Source of the DNA: an uncultured Pseudomonadota bacterium
GTDB taxonomy: Bacteria > Oederibacteriota > Muellerivitia > Muellerivitales > Muellerivitaceae
Direction of reading: 5' to 3'
Length of the DNA stretch: 64,000 nt
NCBI GenBank assembly: GCA_963770835.1
Contig: CAVYRH010000008.1
Span: 32,001-96,000 of the forward strand
Part shown: positions 49,673 to 59,272 of the stretch, in pieces
Position numbering within the stretch: position 1 is the stretch's first letter
Layout of the letters: every line of letters begins with the position of its first letter
Position numbers and translations under genes: made by a program
Notes under the pieces: model-generated
Seen by the model: the letters and a program-made list of their open reading frames with translations, nothing else
What the model was told of the DNA's origin: nothing
Databases searched by the model: none

Positions 49673-51097
49673 TTAGAAACGGTACCAGGTGGAAAGCTGC
49701 AGGCGGTTATCCGTCCCCTCTGTTCCGTTCACATAGTGCGTCATGAAGGTGGCGTATTCCAAGGCCACGCGGGTGTTCTTGGAAAGGTCCTGCATGACGT
49801 TGACGAAGTAGTTGCTGTCGTCGTTGTAACCTGTGCCTGTGTGAGCAAAAGTGGCACCCAATTGGGTAAGGCTGGCGTTGGTCAAGAAAACTTCGCCATA
49901 GCCGGCGGTCAAGATCGTACCCACGCTCTTCGGCAAGGTAATCTGGATCTGGCCGTTGTAGCTTTGGAGGATGAGGGGCTTCAATCCGCCATTGAACGCC
50001 GCCACCGCGCCGTCATCCGTTTCGGTGTTAGCGCCGTAGGTCGGGGCAGGTTTCACGAAGGAGCCGATTGCGGTGGCTCCGCCGAAACCGCCGCCGTTGA
50101 AGGGCAGGGTGTCGCCCGCGCCGTAGGTGTATTCACCTGTCAGCACGATGCTGGGGTCATCCTTGCCTTCAGCCGCCGGAATAACCGGGATCAGGATATC
50201 GGCCGCCATGGCGCTGGCCCAGATGCTTTGATTCAAAAGGTCCGGGTTGGTTCCCAGTCCGTTGCCCCACACATAAAGGGCGTTGCGGCCCGAGATTCCA
50301 AGGCTCAAGGGCATCAGTTTGTCGGCCCCGGTGGCGGAGCAGAAATAGCCCTTCATGTCATTGAACAAGAACCGGAGACCCGCCAACTGGGTCGGGACCT
50401 GGGAAATGTCCTGGTCCGGCTTTTCCGCGGAAATATCCGCTTGGAGCTGGAATCCGGAGGCATCGCCGAAGGTCTTCTGGATGCGCAATTGGGGAATCCG
50501 TTCGTATAGTGTGGCCATCACGGGAGATTCCGCGACGGTCGCCAAGGTGTAGTCCATGTTCCAGCCGAATAATGTCCACCATTGCCCGGCCAAAATTTCC
50601 CATCCATCGTTCTGGTCCGCTTCCACATAGGCATGGCGCAAACGGAGGGTCGGCTGGGTGTAGAACTTATATTCGTTGTCCCCCACCGTGTTGCCGTTGT
50701 TGATGCCCAGGAAGTCCGTTTCGATGTAGCCCTTGAAAGCCCAATCGGACGCGGTTTCCTTGGCCAGAAGGTCAATCCGGGAGTTACGCAGGGAAAACTG
50801 GGTCATACCGTTGCTCCCCGCGAAGTTATAAGGCTTCCCCTGGATAGCGATGCTCCCATCTCCAACGGTTTCTTGGAGTGACTGGGTGCTGTCGTTAATG
50901 TAGTCCGCTTGGGCGAACCCGTGAATCTCAACCGAGGGTCCCTTGCTCGCCAAATCATTGACCTGTTTCGTCAATGCGCCAATGGCGGTATTTACATCCT
51001 CTTGCGCATCCGTGCTTGCTTCATCGGCGAACGCCGCGCTGTTCAGGGCAACCAGCGATCCGGCCATCACCAAAGCCAATAACCAAGACCGTTTCAT
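49673..51097 (-). CDS. Outer-membrane porin, DcaP-like
   Basis: Signal peptide, RNSRI, GYIETDF, LRLRHAY, ILAGQWW, RIPQLR, terminal YRF. Confidence 0.75.
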   Translation of the reverse strand: MKRSWLLALVMAGSLVALNSAAFADEASTDAQEDVNTAIGALTKQVNDLASKGPSVEIHGFAQADYINDSTQSLQETVGDGSIAIQGKPYNFAGSNGMTQFSLRNSRIDLLAKETASDWAFKGYIETDFLGINNGNTVGDNEYKFYTQPTLRLRHAYVEADQNDGWEILAGQWWTLFGWNMDYTLATVAESPVMATLYERIPQLRIQKTFGDASGFQLQADISAEKPDQDISQVPTQLAGLRFLFNDMKGYFCSATGADKLMPLSLGISGRNALYVWGNGLGTNPDLLNQSIWASAMAADILIPVIPAAEGKDDPSIVLTGEYTYGAGDTLPFNGGGFGGATAIGSFVKPAPTYGANTETDDGAVAAFNGGLKPLILQSYNGQIQITLPKSVGTILTAGYGEVFLTNASLTQLGATFAHTGTGYNDDSNYFVNVMQDLSKNTRVALEYATFMTHYVNGTEGTDNRLQLSTWYRF

Positions 51098-51257
51098 AGC
51101 TTCTCCTTAACCAGTTTTTTTAACTTCTTCCCCCCGATTCGGGTTCCTCGGTTTTCAACATCAAACGGCAAAGTGTCGCAGGGTAAACTAAAACCCGAAT
51201 CGGAAGAAATTCGTGCGGAACTCTACAGGTGGGGGTGGCGCGAAACATTTCATCAAT

Positions 51258-51273
51258 GTTAAATACCGGTTAA
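51258..51273 (-). promoter_or_regulatory. Candidate Pho box upstream of porin
   Basis: Minus strand TTAAC-CGGTAT-TTAAC. Confidence 0.55.
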
Positions 51274-51411
51274 CTTTGGCCTGGTTTTAACACGTTAATT
51301 TGTCGATATTTGAGGAGCTACCTTTGTTTTCCAGCAAAAAAAGAAACTAAATTAAGTAGAAGCCGTTATTTAATTTTATGGAACTAAGTATTCGACACAC
51401 CAAGATAAAAA

Positions 51412-51508
51412 AACCCCTCGCCCCTTGAGGGAGAGGGTAGGGTGAGGGGTGAATTTTGCTTGTCAAAACCACCCTCATCCCGTCCTTCTCCCCTCAAGGG
51501 AGAAGGGG
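51412..51508. repeat. REP-like double hairpin element
   Basis: CCCTCGCCCCTTGAGGGAGAGGGTAGGGTGAGGGG...ACCCTCATCCCGTCCTTCTCCCCTCAAGGGAGAAGGG. Confidence 0.7.
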
Positions 51509-51609
51509 AAACGAACGGCAATAAGCCATTACCTCAGAAATGTATGTGAAGGAAATAGTTCTGTAATTTTATCCGCCAAGGGGATTTAGTGTTTTGAAGG
51601 AGGGCCTTC

Positions 51610-52344
51610 ATGAAAAGCAACCTACTGCGGTGGTCAGGCTTCATCACAATCTCGGGGTTACTCCTAGTCAGTCCCGCCTACGCCCAAACTACTTCTTCTT
51701 CCCTACCGGTTTTCCAAGGACCAGCTTGGGGCACCCCGTTGGATGATTTCAAGGCTTCAAAAGGATCCAAGTTGACCTATTCGACGGAACGCATGGAAGC
51801 CCGGGCCTTGGATTTTATCCTTACGGATTTCCACCCGGTAGATAAGGATGATCCCGACCGAGCCCCCAAGTTTGCCCCCCAAACCACCGCCGGGGACAGC
51901 ATCCTTTATATTTTTTATGATGGGAAACTCTGTGCCGCCTCCGTGGCTCTGGCGCTTCCCGATGTCATGGACAAATTCCACCAATTGAATTCGCAATACA
52001 AAAAAGCCGGATATTACACCCAGAGGGCCTCAACCGGTTTCTATGGGTACCACGGTTCGCAAACCGTCTTCTTCCACCATTTCCTCTACGTCCAAGACTC
52101 TTCCACCACGATCGATTTTGTGAAGGTGACGGGCTATTACGACGACGCCATGTATTATGGGAAATCAGGCTTTGACGCGGTCCAAACCGAGGAAGGTGAA
52201 TTAATGGCGGGCTACTTGGTTTATGTTTCGGCGGATTACCTGAAGGGCCCCAACGCTTATACCGATTGGCTGGAAAACCGCAAAAATGCTTCCCCGCCCC
52301 AAGTTGATCCCATCCAGCGGTTCAAATGCAGTATTGAGCATTAA
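51610..52344 (+). CDS. Secreted hypothetical protein
   Basis: AGGGAGG RBS, signal peptide ending AYA, 244 aa. Confidence 0.75.
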   Translation: MKSNLLRWSGFITISGLLLVSPAYAQTTSSSLPVFQGPAWGTPLDDFKASKGSKLTYSTERMEARALDFILTDFHPVDKDDPDRAPKFAPQTTAGDSILYIFYDGKLCAASVALALPDVMDKFHQLNSQYKKAGYYTQRASTGFYGYHGSQTVFFHHFLYVQDSSTTIDFVKVTGYYDDAMYYGKSGFDAVQTEEGELMAGYLVYVSADYLKGPNAYTDWLENRKNASPPQVDPIQRFKCSIEH

Positions 52345-52554
52345 TTAAATTCCCCTTTGAACAAGCCCCTGCGGACGACTTCAACAATTCAAACATGGGA
52401 GAGGGAAAATTCGAATAGCGGCGGCAGGTTTTGAGAACCGTTGGACGACGAAATTTGAATTTAAATCGCGGCATTTCACGACGGATTGGGAGGAATTACC
52501 GGTTGCGAAAGCTTCGTAAAACCAAAGTTTAAAATTTTAGCCCCTTCGTTGCGT

Positions 52555-53492
52555 TTAAGGAACTTTTGCCATCATTGGCTTATACGCTTGGTTCTTTAGG
52601 CTGATCGCATCTCCCGGTTTAAAATCCCAGCCTTCCAGATGTCCGAATTCAAGACTCTTATGGGGCGCAGGGAAAAATTGAAGGCTTTGCTGACGGCAAG
52701 GTTTGGATTGGTGAAAACGGCAACAAACTTAAGCTTATGACTGGAAAGATTTTCGAACTTAGCCACTAAGCCGCCGCTTAAAAGTGCGTTTCGGTAATTG
52801 ATGGTGATCGGGAGTTTGGGGCGGTTATCCACCACGATTGTGGGCTTGTTTTCCACGTGTTTTGGCGGGTGCGGATGAAACATGCCCCATAACCCAACAA
52901 ACATTAAAATAACAATAATCCCTTTAACCTTTGGCGAAAGTTTGGAAAACCAATAAAAAATCCACCCGAAAACTTTATCCCTTTGAAGTAATTCCCATAC
53001 TCGAGAAAACCCGTCCATTTGTTTTTTTCGATTATCAGGCACAACATTTGTGAGGGATGGAGGGGATAAAGCGCTCTCTTCTTTCACCAGATGAAGCAAA
53101 TGATTCTCTACAATTAATTTTTCCAGTTCCAAACCATCGATCAACCTAACATTTTTTTCGAGTAGTTTCACATAATCGTGGGCACCTTTTGAAAATGATG
53201 AAGTGGTGACAAAGACACCCGTTACCGCCCTTTTACCGTGCAAAGCCCCAACGAATTTCTGGATCTCAGGGCGGCCTACGACTGTAGAGTCCCATTTCTT
53301 GGCCTGGAAGTAGACATCTCCCAATCGCAGTTTGTCCATGCGGATCCACCCATCAACGCCTCCGTCCCCGGTCTGTCCAGTTACTTCCCCCTCAATGCTG
53401 TTCTGTATGTTTTTGAGGAATTCCAAGACAAAAACTTCGAATTCTTGAGGTGAATGGCGTTTTAAGCGCTGCAGAATACTTAAACTTTCCAA
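52555..53492 (-). CDS. Mrr-family restriction endonuclease domain + TM + extracytoplasmic domain (one indel near 52665)
   Basis: SPQEFE, GDGGVDG, YFQAKKW, VGRPEIQKFVGAL, GVFVTTSSF, LIDG; TM IIVILMFVGLWGMF; shifted frame continues EFGHLEGWDFKPGD to TAA at 52555. Confidence 0.85.
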
Positions 53493-53669
53493 AATACTCT
53501 CCAGACTCTAGACGGATTGAAATGAGTTACTCGTAGTAAAGAAAGGTGCCCGGCCTCCATTTTCCATTTCGGGGCAAGCCCTCTTGATAGGTTCTGATTC
53601 TAACCCTTCCCCCGGTAATCAAGGAGCTCAACCTAATCCATTGTTCGAATTTTCAAACTTCCGTCCCCA

Positions 53670-55682
53670 TTAAAACGGTAATAATTTCTTGACGGCTTCA
53701 TCCGCGGCAGCGTTAACCCCTTGGCTGGCCGCTTTATTGAGCGCCTTGCCCACCATGTCCTCCCCTTGCGCCTTCGTAGGCGCTTGCGTTGCTACCACCA
53801 TCACGGTCACCGCTTTTTCGGACAATCCGGAGGGCGGGGCGGAGTTGTGCCCGGCGGGTAAAAGCCCCAGCTTCCCCACCAAGAACTTTTTACCGGCACC
53901 ATGCAAAACCTCCACCCTCAAGGCCACGGGCTGGGTGGTCAGTAGCAGCTCCGGCCTCTCCGGGCCGCCTTTCGCGGTAATAACCCCATGGGCCTGGTAA
54001 ACATCCGCTTGGGCCCCCACGCTTAAACAGGTGACGGATTCGGCCAACTGGAATCTTTGGATGAGGTGCCCGACGCCTATTTCCCCTATTTTATCATCCG
54101 GGTAAAAGTCCCGGTCAAAAGCATCCTTGGCGGTGCGCGTCATCGAGTGAATTATGTACTCATGCCAATCGATTATATTGTCGGGGTCAGGCATGAAGGC
54201 CTTTAGCAGGAATTGCCTCACGAATAAAGTTTCCGGGGACAACGAACGGCTGGGTATGACAGCCTGTGCGGGAGCTTCTACCGCTCCCCCGGTGCCATTC
54301 ATCGCTGTACCTTGGCTTTGGGGGGCCGAAATCGCTTCGGTTTCGGCACTCGGCTGGCCAACTTGTGGTTGGCTGCCAGGGCCGGGTGGCAGGTGGGCGG
54401 GATTGGGCATCACCTGTCCGGAATGGACAATACGGTAGGCCGCACGGGTCAACAACCGGCTGGCCATGCTTATAAGATAGCTTCCCACAATTAAAAAGAG
54501 GAACAGGGTGAAGACGATGGCCCAACCCAGGTTCTTGACACCCATGCGTTGGACCCCGGCGGTGGTTTTATTGAAGATGTGGGTGAACCACCGGGGAAAG
54601 AAACGGTTCAGGATATGGGCGGGGATGTGCTTGATCTGCTTCCAAAGAATTAAGCCAGCGACCTGAGATGCCCCTGAAGTGAGGGGGCTTGGTGTTGTGG
54701 GAGCCGGCATGGGTATCGGGGCGGTCGTAACGGCAGAACCTTCCTGGCCTTGGAGCGTTCTCTTGGCGGCCATGGCGGCGTTCCAGGCCTGGTGCCCATC
54801 CTGGATGGCCATATGAACCTCATAACCTCCCCCTCTCTTATATTTGACCTTGAACCCCGGCCCTAACTGGGGCCAATAGGCGGCATAAGGGTCTTCCGGG
54901 GTGTCTTTGGGATCCTTGGCCCCAAAGTCCTCGGGCTGGTTCCCTTTTTGGACCCATTCGACCAGCTTCTTGGCCTTTTGCTCGGTCAAATGCAGGGCCA
55001 GGACCACTTTGAGGGCTCTTTCGACCAAAAGCGGATCTTTTAGATTGGCTAAGGTCAGCAAAACATATTCGGTTATCTGATAGCTAGGTTTTGAGGTATC
55101 AGGGGGGACGTCATTTTGCTCCCCAACGGGCTCTGGGGTGGCCAGACTCTGGCCACCCCCCTCCCCCTTCGTGTCTTGCAAGTCGAGGTTCTTTTCAATT
55201 AATTCCCTGGCTGAAAGGTTAAGGGTTCCCAACACCTTCATCGCATTGTAGATTTTCGCCCTGGAAATCCCTAAGCGTCCGGCCAACTTCCTTTGGGAGG
55301 GCACCTCTTGGGCCTTAGCCTCCTCCTCAATAGCCAAATCCCAGTCCCACCAGTCCATTTCCTCCGAATCATTGTCCATGAGGGCGGCCAGGTGGGTCTC
55401 GGAGGGGGGTATAACCAGGACGATGCAGTCCAGGGTCGCCAAACCAGCCAGCTTGGCCCCGGCCAGGCGCCGGTGGCCCCCGATGAGCATGTACTCGTAG
55501 CCGGGGTTGAGGGCTATTTCTTCGGGAGTCAGGGGCCGGACCTTTGCGGGGGTTTGTTGGCCCATGTCTTTAAGGGAGTCGGCCATTTCCTGGATGGACC
55601 CCGGCTTAAAGCGCCGGCGTGGCTGGTGGGGGTTCGGCATGATCTTCTCAAGCGGGATTTGGACGATAACGGGTGCGGGCAT
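53670..55682 (-). CDS. ParB/Spo0J N-terminal domain + HTH + TM + extracytoplasmic domain
   Basis: IMPNPHQPRRRF, LIGGHRRLAGAK, SQRKLAGRLGISRAKI, TM WAIVFTLFLFLIVGSYLISM; GGAGG before ATG 55682. Confidence 0.8.
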   Translation of the reverse strand: MPAPVIVQIPLEKIMPNPHQPRRRFKPGSIQEMADSLKDMGQQTPAKVRPLTPEEIALNPGYEYMLIGGHRRLAGAKLAGLATLDCIVLVIPPSETHLAALMDNDSEEMDWWDWDLAIEEEAKAQEVPSQRKLAGRLGISRAKIYNAMKVLGTLNLSARELIEKNLDLQDTKGEGGGQSLATPEPVGEQNDVPPDTSKPSYQITEYVLLTLANLKDPLLVERALKVVLALHLTEQKAKKLVEWVQKGNQPEDFGAKDPKDTPEDPYAAYWPQLGPGFKVKYKRGGGYEVHMAIQDGHQAWNAAMAAKRTLQGQEGSAVTTAPIPMPAPTTPSPLTSGASQVAGLILWKQIKHIPAHILNRFFPRWFTHIFNKTTAGVQRMGVKNLGWAIVFTLFLFLIVGSYLISMASRLLTRAAYRIVHSGQVMPNPAHLPPGPGSQPQVGQPSAETEAISAPQSQGTAMNGTGGAVEAPAQAVIPSRSLSPETLFVRQFLLKAFMPDPDNIIDWHEYIIHSMTRTAKDAFDRDFYPDDKIGEIGVGHLIQRFQLAESVTCLSVGAQADVYQAHGVITAKGGPERPELLLTTQPVALRVEVLHGAGKKFLVGKLGLLPAGHNSAPPSGLSEKAVTVMVVATQAPTKAQGEDMVGKALNKAASQGVNAAADEAVKKLLPF
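55135..55159. other. Perfect 12-1-12 palindrome inside the ParB-like gene
   Basis: GGGGTGGCCAGA-C-TCTGGCCACCCC. Confidence 0.5.
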
Positions 55683-56032
55683 AAGGGCCTCCAAAGAACT
55701 GCATATTTAAACTGGGGTTGACCCCATCGCGCAGGCGGCCAACCTCAAATTGGCCAGCCAAGTGCCGAAGCCGATTCGGCTTCGGCCAATGACGGATCAA
55801 CCAAAACCAGATTGGAAAAAGATAATCACGGAAGTTGGGGCCCGTCAATTTTGAATTTTATTTTTAGTGATTTTTAGGCGGGAGTACGGCTGGTTTGCAC
55901 TTATTTTGTCACGAAATACGGCCAACCCCTGGGTGGAATGAGCCTTTGGGCGTATAGATCGGCCCCATTCGACAAGCCCATGGCAAGCCGTCGTGGCCAA
56001 GACCCCAGGGGGGGGAAGGCTTCTGGCTGGCT

Positions 56033-56452
56033 TTAACGGATAACGGTGCCGATCCCGGCTTTGAACTGGGTCAGTCTTTTGAGGATTTCATCGCGGACTT
56101 CCCGGAAACTTTGGAGTTTTTCTTCGTCGCTGTTTTTTCCAACGCCCGGATCAGGCAAGCCCCAATGAAGGCGTTCCGCTTTCCCCAGGAAAACAGGACA
56201 GACTTCCTCGGCGCAAAGGGTGATGACGGTGTCCACGGTTGCCGGGTCGATCTCATCCACCGATTTGGAACGGTTGCCGGAAATATCAATTCCCATTTCC
56301 GCCAAGGCCTTAATGGCGAAAGGGTTTACAACGGAAGGTTTGGAACCGGCGCTTTGGATGAAGGCCTCGTTCCCATATAGGCTTTTCGCCAACCCCTCGG
56401 CCATTTGGCTCCTGGCGGAGTTAGCCACGCAAAGAAAAAGAATTTTCCTCAT
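56033..56452 (-). CDS. arsC: Arsenate reductase, thioredoxin-type (LMW-PTP fold)
   Basis: [32 protein letters not shown]; follows acr3. Confidence 0.9.
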   Translation of the reverse strand: MRKILFLCVANSARSQMAEGLAKSLYGNEAFIQSAGSKPSVVNPFAIKALAEMGIDISGNRSKSVDEIDPATVDTVITLCAEEVCPVFLGKAERLHWGLPDPGVGKNSDEEKLQSFREVRDEILKRLTQFKAGIGTVIR

Positions 56453-56456
56453 CTTT

Positions 56457-57557
56457 TCATTTCTCCTTATCGAACCAACCCTTGGTATTTGTACAGATGG
56501 AACAAACGGACAGCATGACCGGCACCTCCACCAGGACCCCCACCACCGTGGCTAAGGCGGCTCCGCTTCCGGGGCCGTACAGCGCTATGGCGGTGGCCAC
56601 CGCCAATTCAAAGAAGTTCGATGCCCCGATGAGGGCCCCGGGGGCGGCCACCGGATAGGGCACCCGAAAAAGCTTCATCAAACCATAGGCAAGCCCCGCG
56701 TTGAAGTAAACCTGGACCAGGATGGGAATGGCGATCAAAAACACATCCAGCCACCTGCCGGTGATGTTCTCCGCTTGGAAGGCGAAAATCAGGACCAGGG
56801 TGGCCAACAAGGCCAAAATAGTTATAGGGTGAAAAACCGGGAGGAACTTCCCGTTGAACCATTTCGCCCCCTTGTTCCGGATGAGGAACCAGCGGCTGGC
56901 GGCGCCCAAGGCAAGGGGAATGACCACGAAAATAAGAACCGAGTAGAGGAGGACTTGGAACGGCACTTCCAGGCCCGAGGCTCCCGACACCAGGAACCGG
57001 ACAATGGGGGCAAAGGCCACCAGCATGATGAGGTCGTTGACCGATACCTGGACCAGCGTATAGGCGGCGTCCCCGCCCGCCAAATAGGACCACACGAAAA
57101 CCATGGCGGTGCAGGGCGCGGCGGCCAGGATGATCAGGCCCGCCAAATATTGGTTCGCCATTTCCGGCCCCAAGAAAGGCGCGAAAAACACCTTCAAGAA
57201 AACCCACCCGAATAATGCCATGGAAAAAGGCTTGACCAGCCAATTGACGAAGAAGGTCACCAAGAGGCCCTTGGGCCTCTTTCCAACCCCCTTGAGGGAG
57301 GCGAAATCGATCTTCAGCATCATCGGGTAGATCATCAACCATATGAGAATGGCGATGGGAATGTTGATATGGCTTCCGGTTCCAAACTCCATGCCTTGCA
57401 ACGAAGTGACGAGTTGCGGAAGCAACTTGCCGATCAGGATTCCCAAGCCCATGCAAAGTACGACCCAAAGGGTGAGATAGCGTTCGAAGACGTTCATTTT
57501 GGACGATAGGCCCTGGGCGGCTATATCACGCCCGCTTGCCTTGCCTTTTTCCGTCAA
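56457..57557 (-). CDS. acr3: Arsenite efflux transporter Acr3
   Basis: [59 protein letters not shown] overlaps arsM stop (alternative ATG 57497). Confidence 0.96.
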   Translation of the reverse strand: MTEKGKASGRDIAAQGLSSKMNVFERYLTLWVVLCMGLGILIGKLLPQLVTSLQGMEFGTGSHINIPIAILIWLMIYPMMLKIDFASLKGVGKRPKGLLVTFFVNWLVKPFSMALFGWVFLKVFFAPFLGPEMANQYLAGLIILAAAPCTAMVFVWSYLAGGDAAYTLVQVSVNDLIMLVAFAPIVRFLVSGASGLEVPFQVLLYSVLIFVVIPLALGAASRWFLIRNKGAKWFNGKFLPVFHPITILALLATLVLIFAFQAENITGRWLDVFLIAIPILVQVYFNAGLAYGLMKLFRVPYPVAAPGALIGASNFFELAVATAIALYGPGSGAALATVVGVLVEVPVMLSVCSICTNTKGWFDKEK

Positions 57558-58402
57558 GGTTTTCCACCCCAAACCGTCACGCTGAATATGCCTGCGCCCT
57601 TTGATTCCAAATCCCGAAGCTCGTTATCCGATACGTATTTCAAGAGAATTTCCCTGGGAACTTCCACCCGGCGTTCTTTTTGAACCCTTATATCCTTAAA
57701 ACCCGCTTTTTGGATCATTTCAAGGTATTCGGACCGCAGGACCGCGCCCGATACGCAACCCACGTAAAGCTCGGCTTGGGAACGAAGTTGCGGGGGTAAT
57801 TCCGCGCCCAAAACAATATCCGAAACGTTGAAATGGGCGCCGGGTTTAAGCACCCTGAATATTTCCCCGAAGGCCTTGGTTTTATCGGGAACCAAATTGA
57901 GGACGCAATTGCTGATGACCACATCCACGGAGTTATCGGCCACGGGAAGGGACTCGATTTCTCCGAATTTGAAATCGACGTTGGAGTATCCGAGTTTTTG
58001 GCTGTTCACCTTTGCTTTTTCGATCATTTGTGGGGTCATATCCACGCCCGTCACCCGGCCCCTGTCCCCGACAATGCGCCGGGCCACGAAGGCGTCATTC
58101 CCCGCCCCGCTACCCAGGTCGAGGACATGGTCGCCTTCCTTAATCCCCGCCAATTCGGTGGGCAGGCCGCAACCCAGGCCCAAGTCCGCCTCGGGTTGGT
58201 AACCCGGCAACTTGGCATAATCCTCCCCGATAAAACTGTAAGAAAATCCGCCCTTTGACTCGCCGCCCCCGCAACAGGAAGAGGCGGTTTTGGATTCTTC
58301 CATTCCACAACAGGAGGTGGGGTTGGAGGATTCGGCGATTTTGCCGTATCTTTCCCTGACAGCGGATTTGATTTTTTCGGATTCAACGTGATTTTTTTTC
58401 AT
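57554..58402 (-). CDS. arsM: Arsenite methyltransferase ArsM
   Basis: N-terminal CC pairs, LGLGCGLPT, LDLGSGAG, ISNCVLNL, YVGCVSGA. Confidence 0.93.
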   Translation of the reverse strand: MKKNHVESEKIKSAVRERYGKIAESSNPTSCCGMEESKTASSCCGGGESKGGFSYSFIGEDYAKLPGYQPEADLGLGCGLPTELAGIKEGDHVLDLGSGAGNDAFVARRIVGDRGRVTGVDMTPQMIEKAKVNSQKLGYSNVDFKFGEIESLPVADNSVDVVISNCVLNLVPDKTKAFGEIFRVLKPGAHFNVSDIVLGAELPPQLRSQAELYVGCVSGAVLRSEYLEMIQKAGFKDIRVQKERRVEVPREILLKYVSDNELRDLESKGAGIFSVTVWGGKP

Positions 58403-58422
58403 TACAAATACCTCCGCAAATT

Positions 58423-58863
58423 TTATCCCTTGGACTCGGCAATGGCGGGGAAACCCTTCTCGGCGACTTCCTTGAACTTCACAACAATCGCATCCCTCAC
58501 CCTGCGGAATTCCGCCAGGATTTCCGGCGTTTCCTCCTCGGTTTGAGGCGGATCGTCAAAGGGCCAGTAGAGCCGCCTAGATACGCCGGGGAAAATGGGG
58601 CAGCGTTTGTCGGCATCCGAACAGACGGTGATGATGTAGCCGAAGTAATCCCCCAGGAAATCAACTACGTCTTTCGAGAATTGGTCCGAAATATCGATCC
58701 CGATCTCCCTCATGACCTTAATGGCGTTTTTGTTGACATGAGTGGGTTCCAACCCCGCGCTTTCGACGATGAATTTTCCCTTTCCGTAATGTTTCAAGAC
58801 CCCTTCAGCCATTTGCGACCGGCAGGAATTCTTCGTGCATAGAATTAAAACTTTCTGGGCCAT
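58423..58863 (-). CDS. arsC: Arsenate reductase, thioredoxin-type
   Basis: LILCTKNSCRSQMAEG, TVCSDADKRCP, WPFDDP; AAGGAGG RBS. Confidence 0.9.
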   Translation of the reverse strand: MAQKVLILCTKNSCRSQMAEGVLKHYGKGKFIVESAGLEPTHVNKNAIKVMREIGIDISDQFSKDVVDFLGDYFGYIITVCSDADKRCPIFPGVSRRLYWPFDDPPQTEEETPEILAEFRRVRDAIVVKFKEVAEKGFPAIAESKG

Positions 58864-58873
58864 GACAGCCTCC

Positions 58874-59254
58874 TTAACTCTTTTTCTTCTCCACCCATCC
58901 ACTTAAAACCGTCTTTAACTTTTTCTTCATCCCCTGGATTTCCCTGATTTTTTCCTCGAACTCGTTGACTTTCGCGGTGAACAAATCAACCGTCAGGTCA
59001 CAGCAGGGTTCCAGGCCCTTATCCCCGCAACACATGATCTTTTTGATTTCCTTGAGCGTCAGCCCCATCTCCTGGGCTTTGCGGATGAAAACCAATTGGT
59101 CCACCGCCTCGGGGGGATAAATTCTGAAACCGCCTCCACTCCGTGTCGCTGGTTTTAACAACTCTTCTTTTTCGTAATAGCGGATGGTGTCGATGGATAT
59201 CCCGCTTTTCTTTGAAACTTCCCCTATTTGAAGGGTTGCTTTGTTGTTTTTCAT
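58874..59254 (-). CDS. MerR-family regulator with CC-X7-CC motif
   Basis: IGEVSKKSGISIDTIRYYEK..LL..RSGGGFRIY, FIRKAQEMGLTLKEI, MCCGDKGLEPCCD; 126 aa. Confidence 0.92.
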   Translation of the reverse strand: MKNNKATLQIGEVSKKSGISIDTIRYYEKEELLKPATRSGGGFRIYPPEAVDQLVFIRKAQEMGLTLKEIKKIMCCGDKGLEPCCDLTVDLFTAKVNEFEEKIREIQGMKKKLKTVLSGWVEKKKS

Positions 59255-59272
59255 TTTCCGCTCCAGGTTGTA

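Noticed and set aside
51300..56030. Integrated mobile element carrying mrr and parB
   Set aside because: No integrase, transposase, tRNA site or flanking direct repeats found.
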